Below are positions 28,564 through 38,221 of a DNA stretch of 64,000 nucleotides, one piece after another. The position numbers were made by a program, and so were the translations under genes. The DNA is taken from the NCBI GenBank assembly GCA_965214405.1, contig OZ243956.1:3712001-3776000 (forward strand), written 5' to 3'. Below the pieces are notes generated by a model. That model saw only the letters and a list, made by a program, of their open reading frames with translations. It was not told where the DNA came from and did not search any database. Position 1 is the stretch's first letter. Every line of letters begins with the position of its first letter. Source of the DNA: Trueperaceae bacterium (GTDB lineage Bacteria > Deinococcota > Deinococci > Deinococcales > Trueperaceae).

Positions 28564-28782
28564 AACGGGATTATCCCAAACCTCCCGCAACTCTTCACAA
28601 CAGTATTGCACTTGCTTAGAGCGTCATGCAAGGCTGGGCTCGAGGGATGTCTCGACCCTCTGACCGCGTTACCCGCACGTTTTCGCGCCTCTAATGATAT
28701 TGTAAGCCGTCTTTAGTTGACCGCCTCTTTTGCGCCACGCCTCCGCCTGTGGTCAACCCTGTGGCTAAACTGGGAGGGTTAT

Positions 28783-30621
28783 ATGCCGCTTGGCAGGTTC
28801 GTGTTGGTCTTTTTGTTCGCACTTGTCACCCCGTCGGGTCTCGCCCAGACCCAGAGCCCCGACGTCCTGAAAGGGGAGAGCTACGGCGTCTATGGGATAG
28901 GCGACAGCGGGGTGGACGGCGTGGTGCAGGTCAGGGAAACACCGGAGGGCACCGCCGAACTCGTCCTTACCCTGAACGGTCTTATCGGCGACCTGCACGC
29001 GGCAGCCCTCTACCGGGGAAACTGTGCGCCTGAGCAGGCTGTCGTTACAAAACTCGAGACGGTCGGCGACAGCGTGCCCGAACCCTTTACGAGCATTACG
29101 GCGACCGGTTTATCCTACGAAACAGTAGTGACGGGCGACTATTTCGTGACGGTCTACGGGCCGAGCCTGGACACGCCTGCGCGCGCATGTGGCGAGGTCG
29201 GTGTGGGCGCGAACCGGAGCGACTTAGGGCAAGTGGCGAACACAGGAGGAGCAAACCAAATGGGTGACGGTAACCCCAACCTATCTCAGCCTGAGCAGAG
29301 CTTGGTCGAGCGCGCAAAAATGCTTGTCGAGTCGGAAACGGGTGTGGCGGCGGCAGGACTGAGCGTGACGAGCCTCGAGCCGGTCGAGTGGCGCGACGCG
29401 AGCTTAGGCTGTCCCCGACCCCGCACGATGTACGCGCAGGTCATCACGCCCGGCTACCGAATCACGCTTCGGGGGCCGGGCGGGGAGAGCTACGACGTTC
29501 ACACAGCTAGCGCGCCCGACGGGAACATCGTCTTGTGTACACAGGCCGAAACATCTGTAAAAAAGCTCCCTGTGAAAAGTCCCCCCGTGATGAACCCTCC
29601 TATGATGAATCTCCCTGTGACGAATCCAGCGATAAACGCCTTGGTGGGTACCGTCTGGCAGTGGCAGACCGAGGGGCTCGAGGGCGCGTCCGACTACACC
29701 ATCGAATTTTTGCCTGAAGGCCGCATCGCCATTCAGGCCGACTGCAACCGGGGCCGGGCGAGCTTTGAAACGTTTGGTGAGAATGGGCTGCGCATCAACG
29801 CGCCAGCCATGACCCGCGCCGCTTGCCCGCCGGGGTCGCTCGAGGGGGCGTTTCTCGAGCAGGTGGTGAGCAGCAGTTCGTACGCCTTTGACGGTGAGAC
29901 TTTGATGCTTTACCCCGTGGTCGCGCCGGGCATGATGCATTTCATGCCGGTTTCTTTACCAGGTGCAACAGGCGGGGGAACGAGCGAAGAAGAGCTGTCG
30001 GGCCGGTTGACAGGTACAGTGACCTACCGCGAACGCATCGCGCTGCTGCCGGGGAGCGTGGTATGGGTAACGTTGCAAGATATATCTCGAGCCGACGCAC
30101 CGGCAGATATCCTCGCCACTTGGACCCTCACCACCTCGGGCGAGAATGTACCGATACCTTTCGAGTTGAGCTACGACCCCGCGCAGGTTGACCTGCGTCA
30201 CCGCTACGCGGTCCGGGCCGAGATTCGTGACGGTGCAGGCGGTCTCCTCTGGACCAGCGACACCACCTACCCAGTCATCACGGGAGGTGCGCCCGGCGAC
30301 GCGGTTGACATCCTCGTGCGGCGCGTGAGCGACCCTACCAGCGGGATGCCCCCCACCGAATCGGGCCGAACCTTCGAGTTCACCTGCGCGCCTCCCGACG
30401 AAGCGGCGTTCACCTTTTCCGTAAAGATTGGCCCCGGCGAGGTCGGCCTCACCTTGCCCGAGCGCTTCGGGGGGCGCAGCCTCGTGCTGCCCCAGGTGCG
30501 CGCCGCCTCCGGCGCGCGGTTCGAGGCGGGGGGCGTTACGTTTTGGAACAAAGGCGATGAGGCGCTCTTGCAGGTTGACCATGAGACGTTTGAGGGCTGC
30601 GAGGAGGGGCTCGAGCGGTGA
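28783..30621 (+). CDS. Secreted multidomain protein (Cys-containing domains + META + YbaY + MliC-like)
   Basis: Signal peptide, SD gggagg; ADCN...TRAAC (META), GTVTYRERIAL (YbaY), AASGARF...FWNKG.EA (MliC). Confidence 0.75.
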   Translation: MPLGRFVLVFLFALVTPSGLAQTQSPDVLKGESYGVYGIGDSGVDGVVQVRETPEGTAELVLTLNGLIGDLHAAALYRGNCAPEQAVVTKLETVGDSVPEPFTSITATGLSYETVVTGDYFVTVYGPSLDTPARACGEVGVGANRSDLGQVANTGGANQMGDGNPNLSQPEQSLVERAKMLVESETGVAAAGLSVTSLEPVEWRDASLGCPRPRTMYAQVITPGYRITLRGPGGESYDVHTASAPDGNIVLCTQAETSVKKLPVKSPPVMNPPMMNLPVTNPAINALVGTVWQWQTEGLEGASDYTIEFLPEGRIAIQADCNRGRASFETFGENGLRINAPAMTRAACPPGSLEGAFLEQVVSSSSYAFDGETLMLYPVVAPGMMHFMPVSLPGATGGGTSEEELSGRLTGTVTYRERIALLPGSVVWVTLQDISRADAPADILATWTLTTSGENVPIPFELSYDPAQVDLRHRYAVRAEIRDGAGGLLWTSDTTYPVITGGAPGDAVDILVRRVSDPTSGMPPTESGRTFEFTCAPPDEAAFTFSVKIGPGEVGLTLPERFGGRSLVLPQVRAASGARFEAGGVTFWNKGDEALLQVDHETFEGCEEGLER

Positions 30622-31289
30622 ACGCGCTCCCTTCGCCCGGCCTCCGCGCCTTCGTCCTCGTCGCCGCGCTCGTTGCTTGGTTCGCGGTCATCTTGCAGCT
30701 CGTCCTCTCGCTCCAACTGGCCGTCGCCAACGGTCGGGGGATTCTGGGGGGCATCGTCATTTACTTGGGCTACTTCACGATTCTTACCAACATCCTCGTC
30801 GCGCTCACGCTCTCCGTCCCGCTGGCCGCACCGACTTCCAGGCTCGGCAGGTTTTTCGCGCGTCCGGGCGTCGCCACAGCCGTAGCGACCGCCATCACCG
30901 TGGTCGGCCTCGCCTATTTCTTTCTGTTGCGGCGGATTTGGGACCCGCAGGGTTGGCAGCTCGTCGCCGACGCGGCGCTCCACTACGCGGTGCCCGTGCT
31001 CTTCTTGCTCTATTGGGGGCTCGCGGTGCCCAAAGGCGGGCTCCGCTTCGCCGACATTCCGAAGTGGCTGCTGTACCCGCTCGGCTACATGGTGTACGTT
31101 CTCATTCGGGGGGCGCTGACCGGGCTCTACCCGTACTATTTTATCGACGTGGGCGTGCTCGGCTACGGTACGGCGTTTCTCAACGCCTTGGGTGTGCTGC
31201 TTGCTTTCGTCGTGGTAGCCGCCCTGCTCGTGCTCGTGGCGCGCGCTATCCGGCCCCGGAGCCGCGATGTTCATGCACCAGGGATTTAG
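30618..31289 (+). CDS. Pr6Pr/FAR-17a-like membrane protein
   Basis: YFTILTN, H..VP, YPYYF.D motifs. Confidence 0.75.
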   Translation: MNALPSPGLRAFVLVAALVAWFAVILQLVLSLQLAVANGRGILGGIVIYLGYFTILTNILVALTLSVPLAAPTSRLGRFFARPGVATAVATAITVVGLAYFFLLRRIWDPQGWQLVADAALHYAVPVLFLLYWGLAVPKGGLRFADIPKWLLYPLGYMVYVLIRGALTGLYPYYFIDVGVLGYGTAFLNALGVLLAFVVVAALLVLVARAIRPRSRDVHAPGI

Positions 31290-31489
31290 TGAAAGGTGAG
31301 GGACGAGGCGTAAAGGAGCCGGGTGAGGTCTGCTCGAGCCTAAGGTAACGGTTTGGGCTCGAGCCCGCCCGTCTGCAAGATCTCCCCCCAAAGTCTCCGC
31401 TGGGTTGACCGTTCCGTTTTAAGGAAGCGCGAGCGTCGCAAGCCCTGGCGTCGCTCTGACGATCTTTCAGAGGGACCCCGTTAAATAAA

Positions 31490-31849
31490 TTAACTTCGCG
31501 CCTTTGCAAAATGCCGGTGCTCCTCAAGAAACGGGATCACAAAGGCGACCGCCGCGAGCGCCACACCCCAATATTCCATGTTGATCCAGAAGAACGTATG
31601 ACGCCGCCGAAACACGAACTCTTGACCGGTCTCCTTGTCGATCATTCTGCGACCCGGCTTGCCGTTGAGGTAGCGACCCAAAAACCAAAGCGCCACCGCC
31701 CCGGCCAAAAGTGCAGCGGTTTGCAGCACACTGTGAGCAGAGTAGTAGCCGTCTATACCCGTTATAGAGTCAGCCACGGCTTGCGTGGTCAAAAGTATGG
31801 TGAACGCAACGACCGGCACGAGAATGCCCCATCCGCTCCAAATAATCAT
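31490..31849 (-). CDS. Hypothetical membrane protein
   Basis: MIIWSGWG...D..TG....HTFFWI.MEYWG; SD ggagg. Confidence 0.7.
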   Translation of the reverse strand: MIIWSGWGILVPVVAFTILLTTQAVADSITGIDGYYSAHSVLQTAALLAGAVALWFLGRYLNGKPGRRMIDKETGQEFVFRRRHTFFWINMEYWGVALAAVAFVIPFLEEHRHFAKARS

Positions 31850-31936
31850 GACCGTCCTCCAGTTTCATCCGCGTTAGTTTTGCAGATGTTACTTACCAAA
31901 GCGAGGTGACTACTGCAAATTCGTGTCTTTACAAAC

Positions 31937-32410
31937 TCACAAGTTTATCTTGAGTCCGCCCGAAAAATCAAACGCCTGTGACAGCCTCCCGTTACGCTGC
32001 AACAGCGGGCGGTGCGTATAAACAAAGGTGGCGGCCAAGCCTCGTCTAAATTCATAACTGAGCGCGCCGCTAAGCGCCAGGCCGACACCCGCCCCCGCGC
32101 CACCCACGCCGCTCACGTACGTCAAGCCGGTACCCACGTGCGCCTGAAGCCCTAAGGGGTCCTCGAGCCCCGGCCTAAACGAAAACCAGCCGCCCACGCC
32201 TCCCACAAACCCGTTGCGGCTGTACGCGCCAGCGGCGTAGAGCCCGACGGTGTCGCTTAGCGGATAAACGCCGCGGACGCCGAACTTTATGGCGCTCGCG
32301 TACTCGCCCGACGTGGTTTCTTTATAAGCCAGCCCCGTGTCCAGCCACAGCGACTGACTGTGCCCAAAGCCGAAAAGCGCGAGAAAAAAAACCAAAAAAA
32401 GGAGTCGCAT
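31937..32410 (-). CDS. Small outer-membrane beta-barrel-like protein
   Basis: Signal peptide, alternating Gly/aromatic strands; leaderless TACACT. Confidence 0.6.
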   Translation of the reverse strand: MRLLFLVFFLALFGFGHSQSLWLDTGLAYKETTSGEYASAIKFGVRGVYPLSDTVGLYAAGAYSRNGFVGGVGGWFSFRPGLEDPLGLQAHVGTGLTYVSGVGGAGAGVGLALSGALSYEFRRGLAATFVYTHRPLLQRNGRLSQAFDFSGGLKINL

Positions 32411-32592
32411 AGCCTAGTGTAGCCAATCGCGGCGGGGAGAGCTACGGGGTTTCACGTTTGTTAAACGCCTTGTTGAAGTGTCGGTAAAACGCGGAGCTTG
32501 GGAATCATTCACTCTCGAGCGTCCAGGCTCTACGCTCAAGTTTCTTTTGCTGCCTGCCATCTCCCGTAAAATAGCCTTATGAAGGTGACACT

Positions 32593-34299
32593 ATGGCAAT
32601 AACCAAAAAAACGCTCGTCGCCGGGCTCAAAGAGGCGGCGAATCTGCTCGAGGTCCTCAACGATGACCCTTTTCGCGCCAAGGCCTACGCCAACGCGGCG
32701 CGCGCGGTGGACGCGTTCGAGGGCGATGTCGAGACCCTTTTCGACGAAGAGCGCCTCACCGAGATTCGCGGGGTGGGGCGGGGTCTGGCGGGGGAACTCT
32801 ACGCGCTCAAAGAGCACGAGCACTTGCCCCTCCTGGACGAGCTTTACGTGCGCGTGCCCGAGGGGGTGCGGCGGCTTTTCGTCGTGTCCGGACTCGGTGC
32901 CAAGAAAATCGCGGCGCTCTGGGAAAACGGGATTGAGGATTTGGAGGATTTATTGGAGGCTGCGGAAGATGGCCGGGTAGCGTCTCTCAAGGGTTTTGGC
33001 AAAAAAAGTGCGGCGAGCTTAGCCGAGGGCGTGCGCTTTGCATTGGCCGCGATGCAGCGTTACCGCCTAGACGTGGCCGAGCGCTACGCGGAAGTCTTGG
33101 CGGAAGCTCTCGCCACCACTCTACCCGACGCGCGCGTGCTGGCGGCGGGCGATTTAAGGCGGGGGCTCGAGACGGTGGGGGTCTTGGAGCTTGTGGTTAC
33201 AGGCGCTCCCGCCGCCGAAGTGGCGGCGGCCATCGAACCACTCGTGCATGAGGTGGATGTTGACGGTGACGTGATAGACGCGCGGCTCGAGGCGCGGCGC
33301 GTGCGCCTCACCGTGACCGACGAGTACGCTTTGGGCGCAGTTCTGGCGCTGCGGACGGGCGGCGACGCCTACCGCGAGGGGCTGGTTGGGCGCGCTTCTG
33401 AAAGAGGTTTTGAGCTGCGTGAGAACGGGCTTTTCAGAGAAGACAAGCGGCTCCCCACGCCAGACGAAACGGACTTTTTTGCCATGTTGGGGCTTTCCTA
33501 CACCCCACCCGAACGCCGCGAGGAGGCGCGGCCCGTGCCGGTTAGTAATCTCGTTACCCTGGCTGACATGAAGGGCGTGATTCACAACCACTCGAGCTGG
33601 TCTGACGGCGCGGCGTCTTTACGCGAGATGGTCGCGGCGGCGCGCGCCTTGGGCTACCGCTACCTGGCAATGGCCGACCACTCGAGAAGCTCCTACTACG
33701 CGGGGGGCCTGAGTATCGAGCGGGTTTACAAACAGGCGGAAGAGGTGGCGGAGATACGTGAAGAGTTGCGTGAGGAAGGGAGCGATTTTGAGGTGTTGCA
33801 CGGGCTCGAGGTGGACATCTTAACGGGCGGCTCGCTCGACTACCCGGACGAGGTGCTGATGCTCCTGGATTACACAGTGGTGAGCGTCCACCAGAACTTT
33901 ACCCTGAGCGAGGCCGAGCAAACCGCGCGCATCGTGCGGGCGGTAGAGAGTCCTTACGCGAGCATCCTGGCCCACCCCACCGGACGCCTCCTGCTGCGGC
34001 GTCCACCTTACGCGGTGGATTTGGAGGCGGTGCTGGCGGCCTGTGCGGAAGCGGGCACGGTGGTCGAAATCAACGCCAACACGCGCCGCTTAGACTTAGA
34101 TTGGCGCTGGGTGGTGCGGGCCAAAGAGCTGGGCTGCACTTTTTCCATCGACCCCGACGCCCACCACCCCGACGGCTACCACGACGTGCGCTACGGCGTG
34201 CTGATGGCGCGCAAGGCGGGTTTGACGCCGGAGGATGTAATTAATACTGCGCCGACGGCTTCCGCGTTTTTGGGACGGCTCAAAGCCAGACCAGGCTGA
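32593..34299 (+). CDS. polX: Family X DNA polymerase/PHP protein, non-canonical active site
   Basis: HhH motifs, LRR..ETVG; PHP motifs HNHS..SDG, DHS, AHP, DAH. Confidence 0.9.
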   Translation: MAITKKTLVAGLKEAANLLEVLNDDPFRAKAYANAARAVDAFEGDVETLFDEERLTEIRGVGRGLAGELYALKEHEHLPLLDELYVRVPEGVRRLFVVSGLGAKKIAALWENGIEDLEDLLEAAEDGRVASLKGFGKKSAASLAEGVRFALAAMQRYRLDVAERYAEVLAEALATTLPDARVLAAGDLRRGLETVGVLELVVTGAPAAEVAAAIEPLVHEVDVDGDVIDARLEARRVRLTVTDEYALGAVLALRTGGDAYREGLVGRASERGFELRENGLFREDKRLPTPDETDFFAMLGLSYTPPERREEARPVPVSNLVTLADMKGVIHNHSSWSDGAASLREMVAAARALGYRYLAMADHSRSSYYAGGLSIERVYKQAEEVAEIREELREEGSDFEVLHGLEVDILTGGSLDYPDEVLMLLDYTVVSVHQNFTLSEAEQTARIVRAVESPYASILAHPTGRLLLRRPPYAVDLEAVLAACAEAGTVVEINANTRRLDLDWRWVVRAKELGCTFSIDPDAHHPDGYHDVRYGVLMARKAGLTPEDVINTAPTASAFLGRLKARPG

Positions 34300-34361
34300 G
34301 CATCCCTGGTGCCTTCCCTGTGCCTCGACGTTCCTCCACGTGCGGTATAGTCCGGGAGCTT

Positions 34362-35936
34362 ATGGCCCACAAGATTCTAGTAACCGACACGATTCAGTTG
34401 GGGGACGCATCCTACCCCGACGTAGAGATCGACTACCGCGAAGGCATCCCCAAAGACGAGTTGTTAACCATCGTCGGCGGCTACGACGCCATCATCACCC
34501 GCTCGCGCACGCAGGTGGATGAGGTGCTGGTGCGCGCCGCAACCCGTCTCAAGGTTATCGGGCGCGGCGGGGTGGGGGTGGACAACATCGACTTAGAGGC
34601 GGCGAGCCGCCGGGGGGTGCTCGTCCTGAACGCGCCGGAGGCGAATAACGTGTCGGCGGCGGAGTTGGCCGTGGCGCTCATGCTCTGCGCGGCGCGCGGG
34701 GTGAGCCGTTCGGACCGGCTCATCCGGCAGGGGGCGTGGGACCGGAAGTTTTTGGGCCGCGAGGTCAAGGGGGCGCGGCTGGGCATCGTGGGCTTGGGCC
34801 GTATCGGCTCGCTGGTGAGCCGCCGCGCGCAGGGGCTCGGCATGACGGTAGGGGCTTACGACCCGTACATCTCACGTCACCGCGCCACCGAACTCAAGGT
34901 CGAATTGCACGACAACCTGCTCGAGATGCTCTCCCAATCAAATTTCTTAACCGTCCACACGCCCCTGACCGAAGAAACCGAGGGGATGATTGGTTCTGAA
35001 GAGCTTAAAGCGATGCCCGACGGGGCCATCGTTGTGAACGCAGCGCGGGGCGGCATCATTCAAGAAGAGGCATTGGTTGAGGCTTTGGAAAGCGGCAAGT
35101 TGTTCGCGGCGGGGCTCGATGTGTACGTGCTCGAGCCCCCCAGCATCGACCACCCGCTCTTAGAACGTGACGACGTCGTCTTGACTGCTCACTTGGGGGC
35201 CAACACCGCCGAGGCGCAGGCGCGGGTGGGGGCGGAGATTTTAGAGCGCACCGTTATGGCGCTGCGCGGCGACCTCTCGAGGGGCGCGGTCAACGCGCCC
35301 GCCCTGGCCCCTGAGGTCATGGCGGCCTTGGGGCCGCACCTCAAGCTGGGCGAGGCGCTGGGCAAGACCGTCGCCCAGCTCGCCAAGGGACGCGTGCGCG
35401 AGCTGCAAATCGAGTTCGCGGGCACCTTCCCGATGGACCCCGACCCCGTGGCGGTGGCGGCGACAAAAGGGTTTTTGGAGCCCATTTTGGACGAGCCCCC
35501 CAACTACATCAACGCGCCCTCGATTGCCAAAGAGCGTGACATCCGCGTGTCCAAGGTGTCGGCCTCGCGCTCTCGAGGCTACACCACCCACATCGAAGTC
35601 ACCGCCGTGACCGACGAGGGACGCTTCAGTGTCGGCGGGACCGTGCTGGGCACCGCGCCGCGCATCGTGGACATCAACGATTTTCCCATCGAGGTCCGCC
35701 CGGAGGGTCCCATGCTCATCTGCACGAACTACGACAGGCCCGGCGCGGTGGGCAAGGTGGGCACCGTCTTGGGCGACGCGGGCGTGAACATTTCAGGAAT
35801 GCAACTCTCGCGCGTGGGGGGCGACGGCCTGGCCCTGTTCGCGCTGACGCTCGACCAAGCACCGCCGGAAAGCGTTTTGAACACGCTTAGGAACATGCCG
35901 GACGTGATCCATAGCCTTAACATGGTTAGGTTGTGA
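34362..35936 (+). CDS. serA: D-3-phosphoglycerate dehydrogenase (with ASB and ACT domains)
   Basis: GVGVDNID, GLGRIG, NAARGG, HLGA.T.EAQ, DRPG. Confidence 0.95.
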   Translation: MAHKILVTDTIQLGDASYPDVEIDYREGIPKDELLTIVGGYDAIITRSRTQVDEVLVRAATRLKVIGRGGVGVDNIDLEAASRRGVLVLNAPEANNVSAAELAVALMLCAARGVSRSDRLIRQGAWDRKFLGREVKGARLGIVGLGRIGSLVSRRAQGLGMTVGAYDPYISRHRATELKVELHDNLLEMLSQSNFLTVHTPLTEETEGMIGSEELKAMPDGAIVVNAARGGIIQEEALVEALESGKLFAAGLDVYVLEPPSIDHPLLERDDVVLTAHLGANTAEAQARVGAEILERTVMALRGDLSRGAVNAPALAPEVMAALGPHLKLGEALGKTVAQLAKGRVRELQIEFAGTFPMDPDPVAVAATKGFLEPILDEPPNYINAPSIAKERDIRVSKVSASRSRGYTTHIEVTAVTDEGRFSVGGTVLGTAPRIVDINDFPIEVRPEGPMLICTNYDRPGAVGKVGTVLGDAGVNISGMQLSRVGGDGLALFALTLDQAPPESVLNTLRNMPDVIHSLNMVRL

Positions 35937-36100
35937 GGGGACAAGCCCATCCCGTGGGGGAGATGTCTCGGTTGATATGTGCTCGGCGAAAGCTTGTCTA
36001 GCACGCCCTACAAGATGCTCACATATTAAACTTGGTGATTTCAAAAGCTGTGATGAAGGCTTGAAAAGTTAAGAGCGCCCCCGCCGTCTGAGGAGAAGTC

Positions 36101-37240
36101 ATGTACAAACCCCGCTTGCTCGCGCCCGGTCCCGTCGAGGTGCCGCCTGAGGTTTTAGAAGCAACCGCCCGCCCCATCATCCACCACCGGACGGCGGCCT
36201 TTAAGGAACTCTTTTTGGAGACCCGCGCACAACTCGCTGAGGTGGCCTGCGTGCCCGGCGACGACGTGCTGGTCCTCGCGGGGAGCGGGACGGCGGCGTT
36301 CGAGGCGGGGTTGTTGGCGGCGGTACCCAAGGGAAGTAAAATCATCGGCGTCAACGCGGGTAAGTTTGGCGAGCGTTGGGTCAAGCTGGCCACCCACTAC
36401 GGCTACGAGGTGGTGGAGCTGCGGCTCGAGTGGGGCCAGGTCGCCCAACCGGAGGCGGTGCTCGAGCTTCTGCGCGCCCATCCCGACGCGGCTGCGTTCA
36501 TGACCACGCATTCCGAGACTTCGACGGGCGCGCTTCACGACGTGGAGGCTTTAGCAAAAGTTGTACATGAAACCTTACCCAACGCGCTTTTTGTTGTTGA
36601 CGCCGTGACCTCCTTGGGCGTAGCCGAGCTGAGGCCGCGCGACTGGGGCATAGACGTGATGGTGTCGGGGAGTCAAAAAGGTCTCATGACGCCTCCCGGT
36701 CTCGCGTTCGCCTGGCTTTCAGAACGCGCTTGGGCAAACACTGAAGGGCTAAACCCTAGTTTCTACCTCGATTTACGCAAGGAACGTAAGCAGCAAAAGG
36801 AGGGACAGACCGCCTATACCCCGGCGGTGAGCCTTGTTGCGGGGCTCAACGTGGCGCTGGGGATGCTGCGCGAGGAGGGGATAGAGGCGGTGTGGGCACG
36901 GCGCGAACGGCTCAACCGGGCGGTGTTGGAGGGAGCCTGCGCCCTGGGCTGCGCCCCCTACGCCGAGCGTATAAGCCCGGCGGTGGCCGCCCTGCGCGCC
37001 CCCCAAGGCGTCGCGGCTCCAGACATCGTCAAAGGCTTCGCGGCGCGCGGGGCGCGCATTGCGAGCGGTCAGGACGAGGCCAAACCTGTTCTCTTCCGCC
37101 CCTCGGTGATGGGCTACGCTGACGCCTATGACGCGGTGACGGTCATTGCGGTTTTGGAGGACGTGCTGCGCGAGCTCGGGCTCGAGCTTCCTTATGGTGT
37201 AGGTGTGGGTGCTGCGCTGCGGGTGTTGGGAGAGGGGTAA
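36101..37240 (+). CDS. Class V PLP aminotransferase (serine/alanine-glyoxylate type)
   Basis: LLAPGP, HSETSTG, VDAVTS, GSQKG. Confidence 0.9.
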   Translation: MYKPRLLAPGPVEVPPEVLEATARPIIHHRTAAFKELFLETRAQLAEVACVPGDDVLVLAGSGTAAFEAGLLAAVPKGSKIIGVNAGKFGERWVKLATHYGYEVVELRLEWGQVAQPEAVLELLRAHPDAAAFMTTHSETSTGALHDVEALAKVVHETLPNALFVVDAVTSLGVAELRPRDWGIDVMVSGSQKGLMTPPGLAFAWLSERAWANTEGLNPSFYLDLRKERKQQKEGQTAYTPAVSLVAGLNVALGMLREEGIEAVWARRERLNRAVLEGACALGCAPYAERISPAVAALRAPQGVAAPDIVKGFAARGARIASGQDEAKPVLFRPSVMGYADAYDAVTVIAVLEDVLRELGLELPYGVGVGAALRVLGEG

Positions 37241-37509
37241 CGGGGTTGCTCAATCTCATTCGCTACACCGTCGGCAATCTCGAGGCGTTTGGCATGGTAG
37301 GGACGGTGTGGGGCTCGAGTTAGTCACACTTTTAACGTTGTTGATGAACAAACCTGTAAATAAGCTACTCTGGTGATGTCCCTAAGAACCATCTTAACTG
37401 GACACTGTAACATCAAGCAACGCTCAAACCAAGAACGTCAAAACTTCTCGAGCCCATCACGCCAAGCCAAGCGGACGCCTCCAACCAAGATGTGCGCTAA
37501 ACTCTGAGC

Positions 37510-37716
37510 ATGAACGAAATCATTTTCCTCGTTAGCGAAGCGCCCGAGGGGGGCTACGAGGCGAGGGCCTTGTCCGCCTCCATCTATACCGAGGCCGACA
37601 CGCTCGAGGAGCTTAAACGTATGGTGCGTGACGCGGTGGCTTGCCATTTTGAGGATTCGGAGCGGCCCAAAATAATTCGGCTACACTACGTCCGCGAAGA
37701 AGTCATCGCCGCCTAA
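37510..37716 (+). CDS. Short HicB-like antitoxin
   Basis: EGGY.A...I.TEA.T.EEL...VRDAV; leaderless TAAACT. Confidence 0.7.
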   Translation: MNEIIFLVSEAPEGGYEARALSASIYTEADTLEELKRMVRDAVACHFEDSERPKIIRLHYVREEVIAA

Positions 37717-37718
37717 GG

Positions 37719-37958
37719 GTGCCGCGCCTACCCCGCCACCTGAGCGGCGATGAGCTCGTCAAAAAGCTCAGGGGTTACGGAGTGACCCGGCAGACCGGCA
37801 GTCACATCCGGCTGACGCGCACCGCCGGAGGTGGCGAACACCACGTCACTATTCCCAATCACAAAACCTTGCGCGTCGGAACGCTGAATATCCTCACAGA
37901 CGTTGCCGCGGAGCTCGGTAGAGATAAGGATGAGGTTGTTGGCGAGCTGTTCGGCTAG
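37719..37958 (+). CDS. HicA-family toxin
   Basis: RQTGSHIRL, VTIPNH, GTL motifs. Confidence 0.8.
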   Translation: MPRLPRHLSGDELVKKLRGYGVTRQTGSHIRLTRTAGGGEHHVTIPNHKTLRVGTLNILTDVAAELGRDKDEVVGELFG

Positions 37959-38057
37959 CTCGTCCTGACGGTTTGAGGTCAGAGCATACCAAATGGCCTT
38001 TACGCCGCAACTTCATAAAAATCTATGCAAAAGCTTACAAATGTGCTATGATGGCTC

Positions 38058-38219
38058 ATGTCAGTCAAACCCATATCGCTGAGGATGCTCGAGACGCTTT
38101 TCACCTGCGAAGAGGTGTCATGCGATAAAACTTACATGCGCAAGGTGGAACGTCTCCGAGCGCGTGAGGGGCGGCTCGAGCGTCCGAAGCTTCAACTAGT
38201 AAAGGCGTACCCCAAGTAG
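38058..38219 (+). CDS. Possible 53-aa leaderless small protein
   Basis: TGcTATGAT 5 nt before ATG; MSVKPISLRML...; below the ORF-track size cutoff. Confidence 0.3.
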   Translation: MSVKPISLRMLETLFTCEEVSCDKTYMRKVERLRAREGRLERPKLQLVKAYPK

Positions 38220-38221
38220 CG

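Noticed and set aside
30267..31391. Long antisense or alternative-frame ORFs (also 47834-48610, 49118-49840, 52647-53664)
   Set aside because: Shadow ORFs of GC-rich genes with no recognisable motifs
36101..37240. Class V aminotransferase as the missing GnnB
   Set aside because: Wrong family (GnnB is DegT-type), opposite strand, and linked to serA
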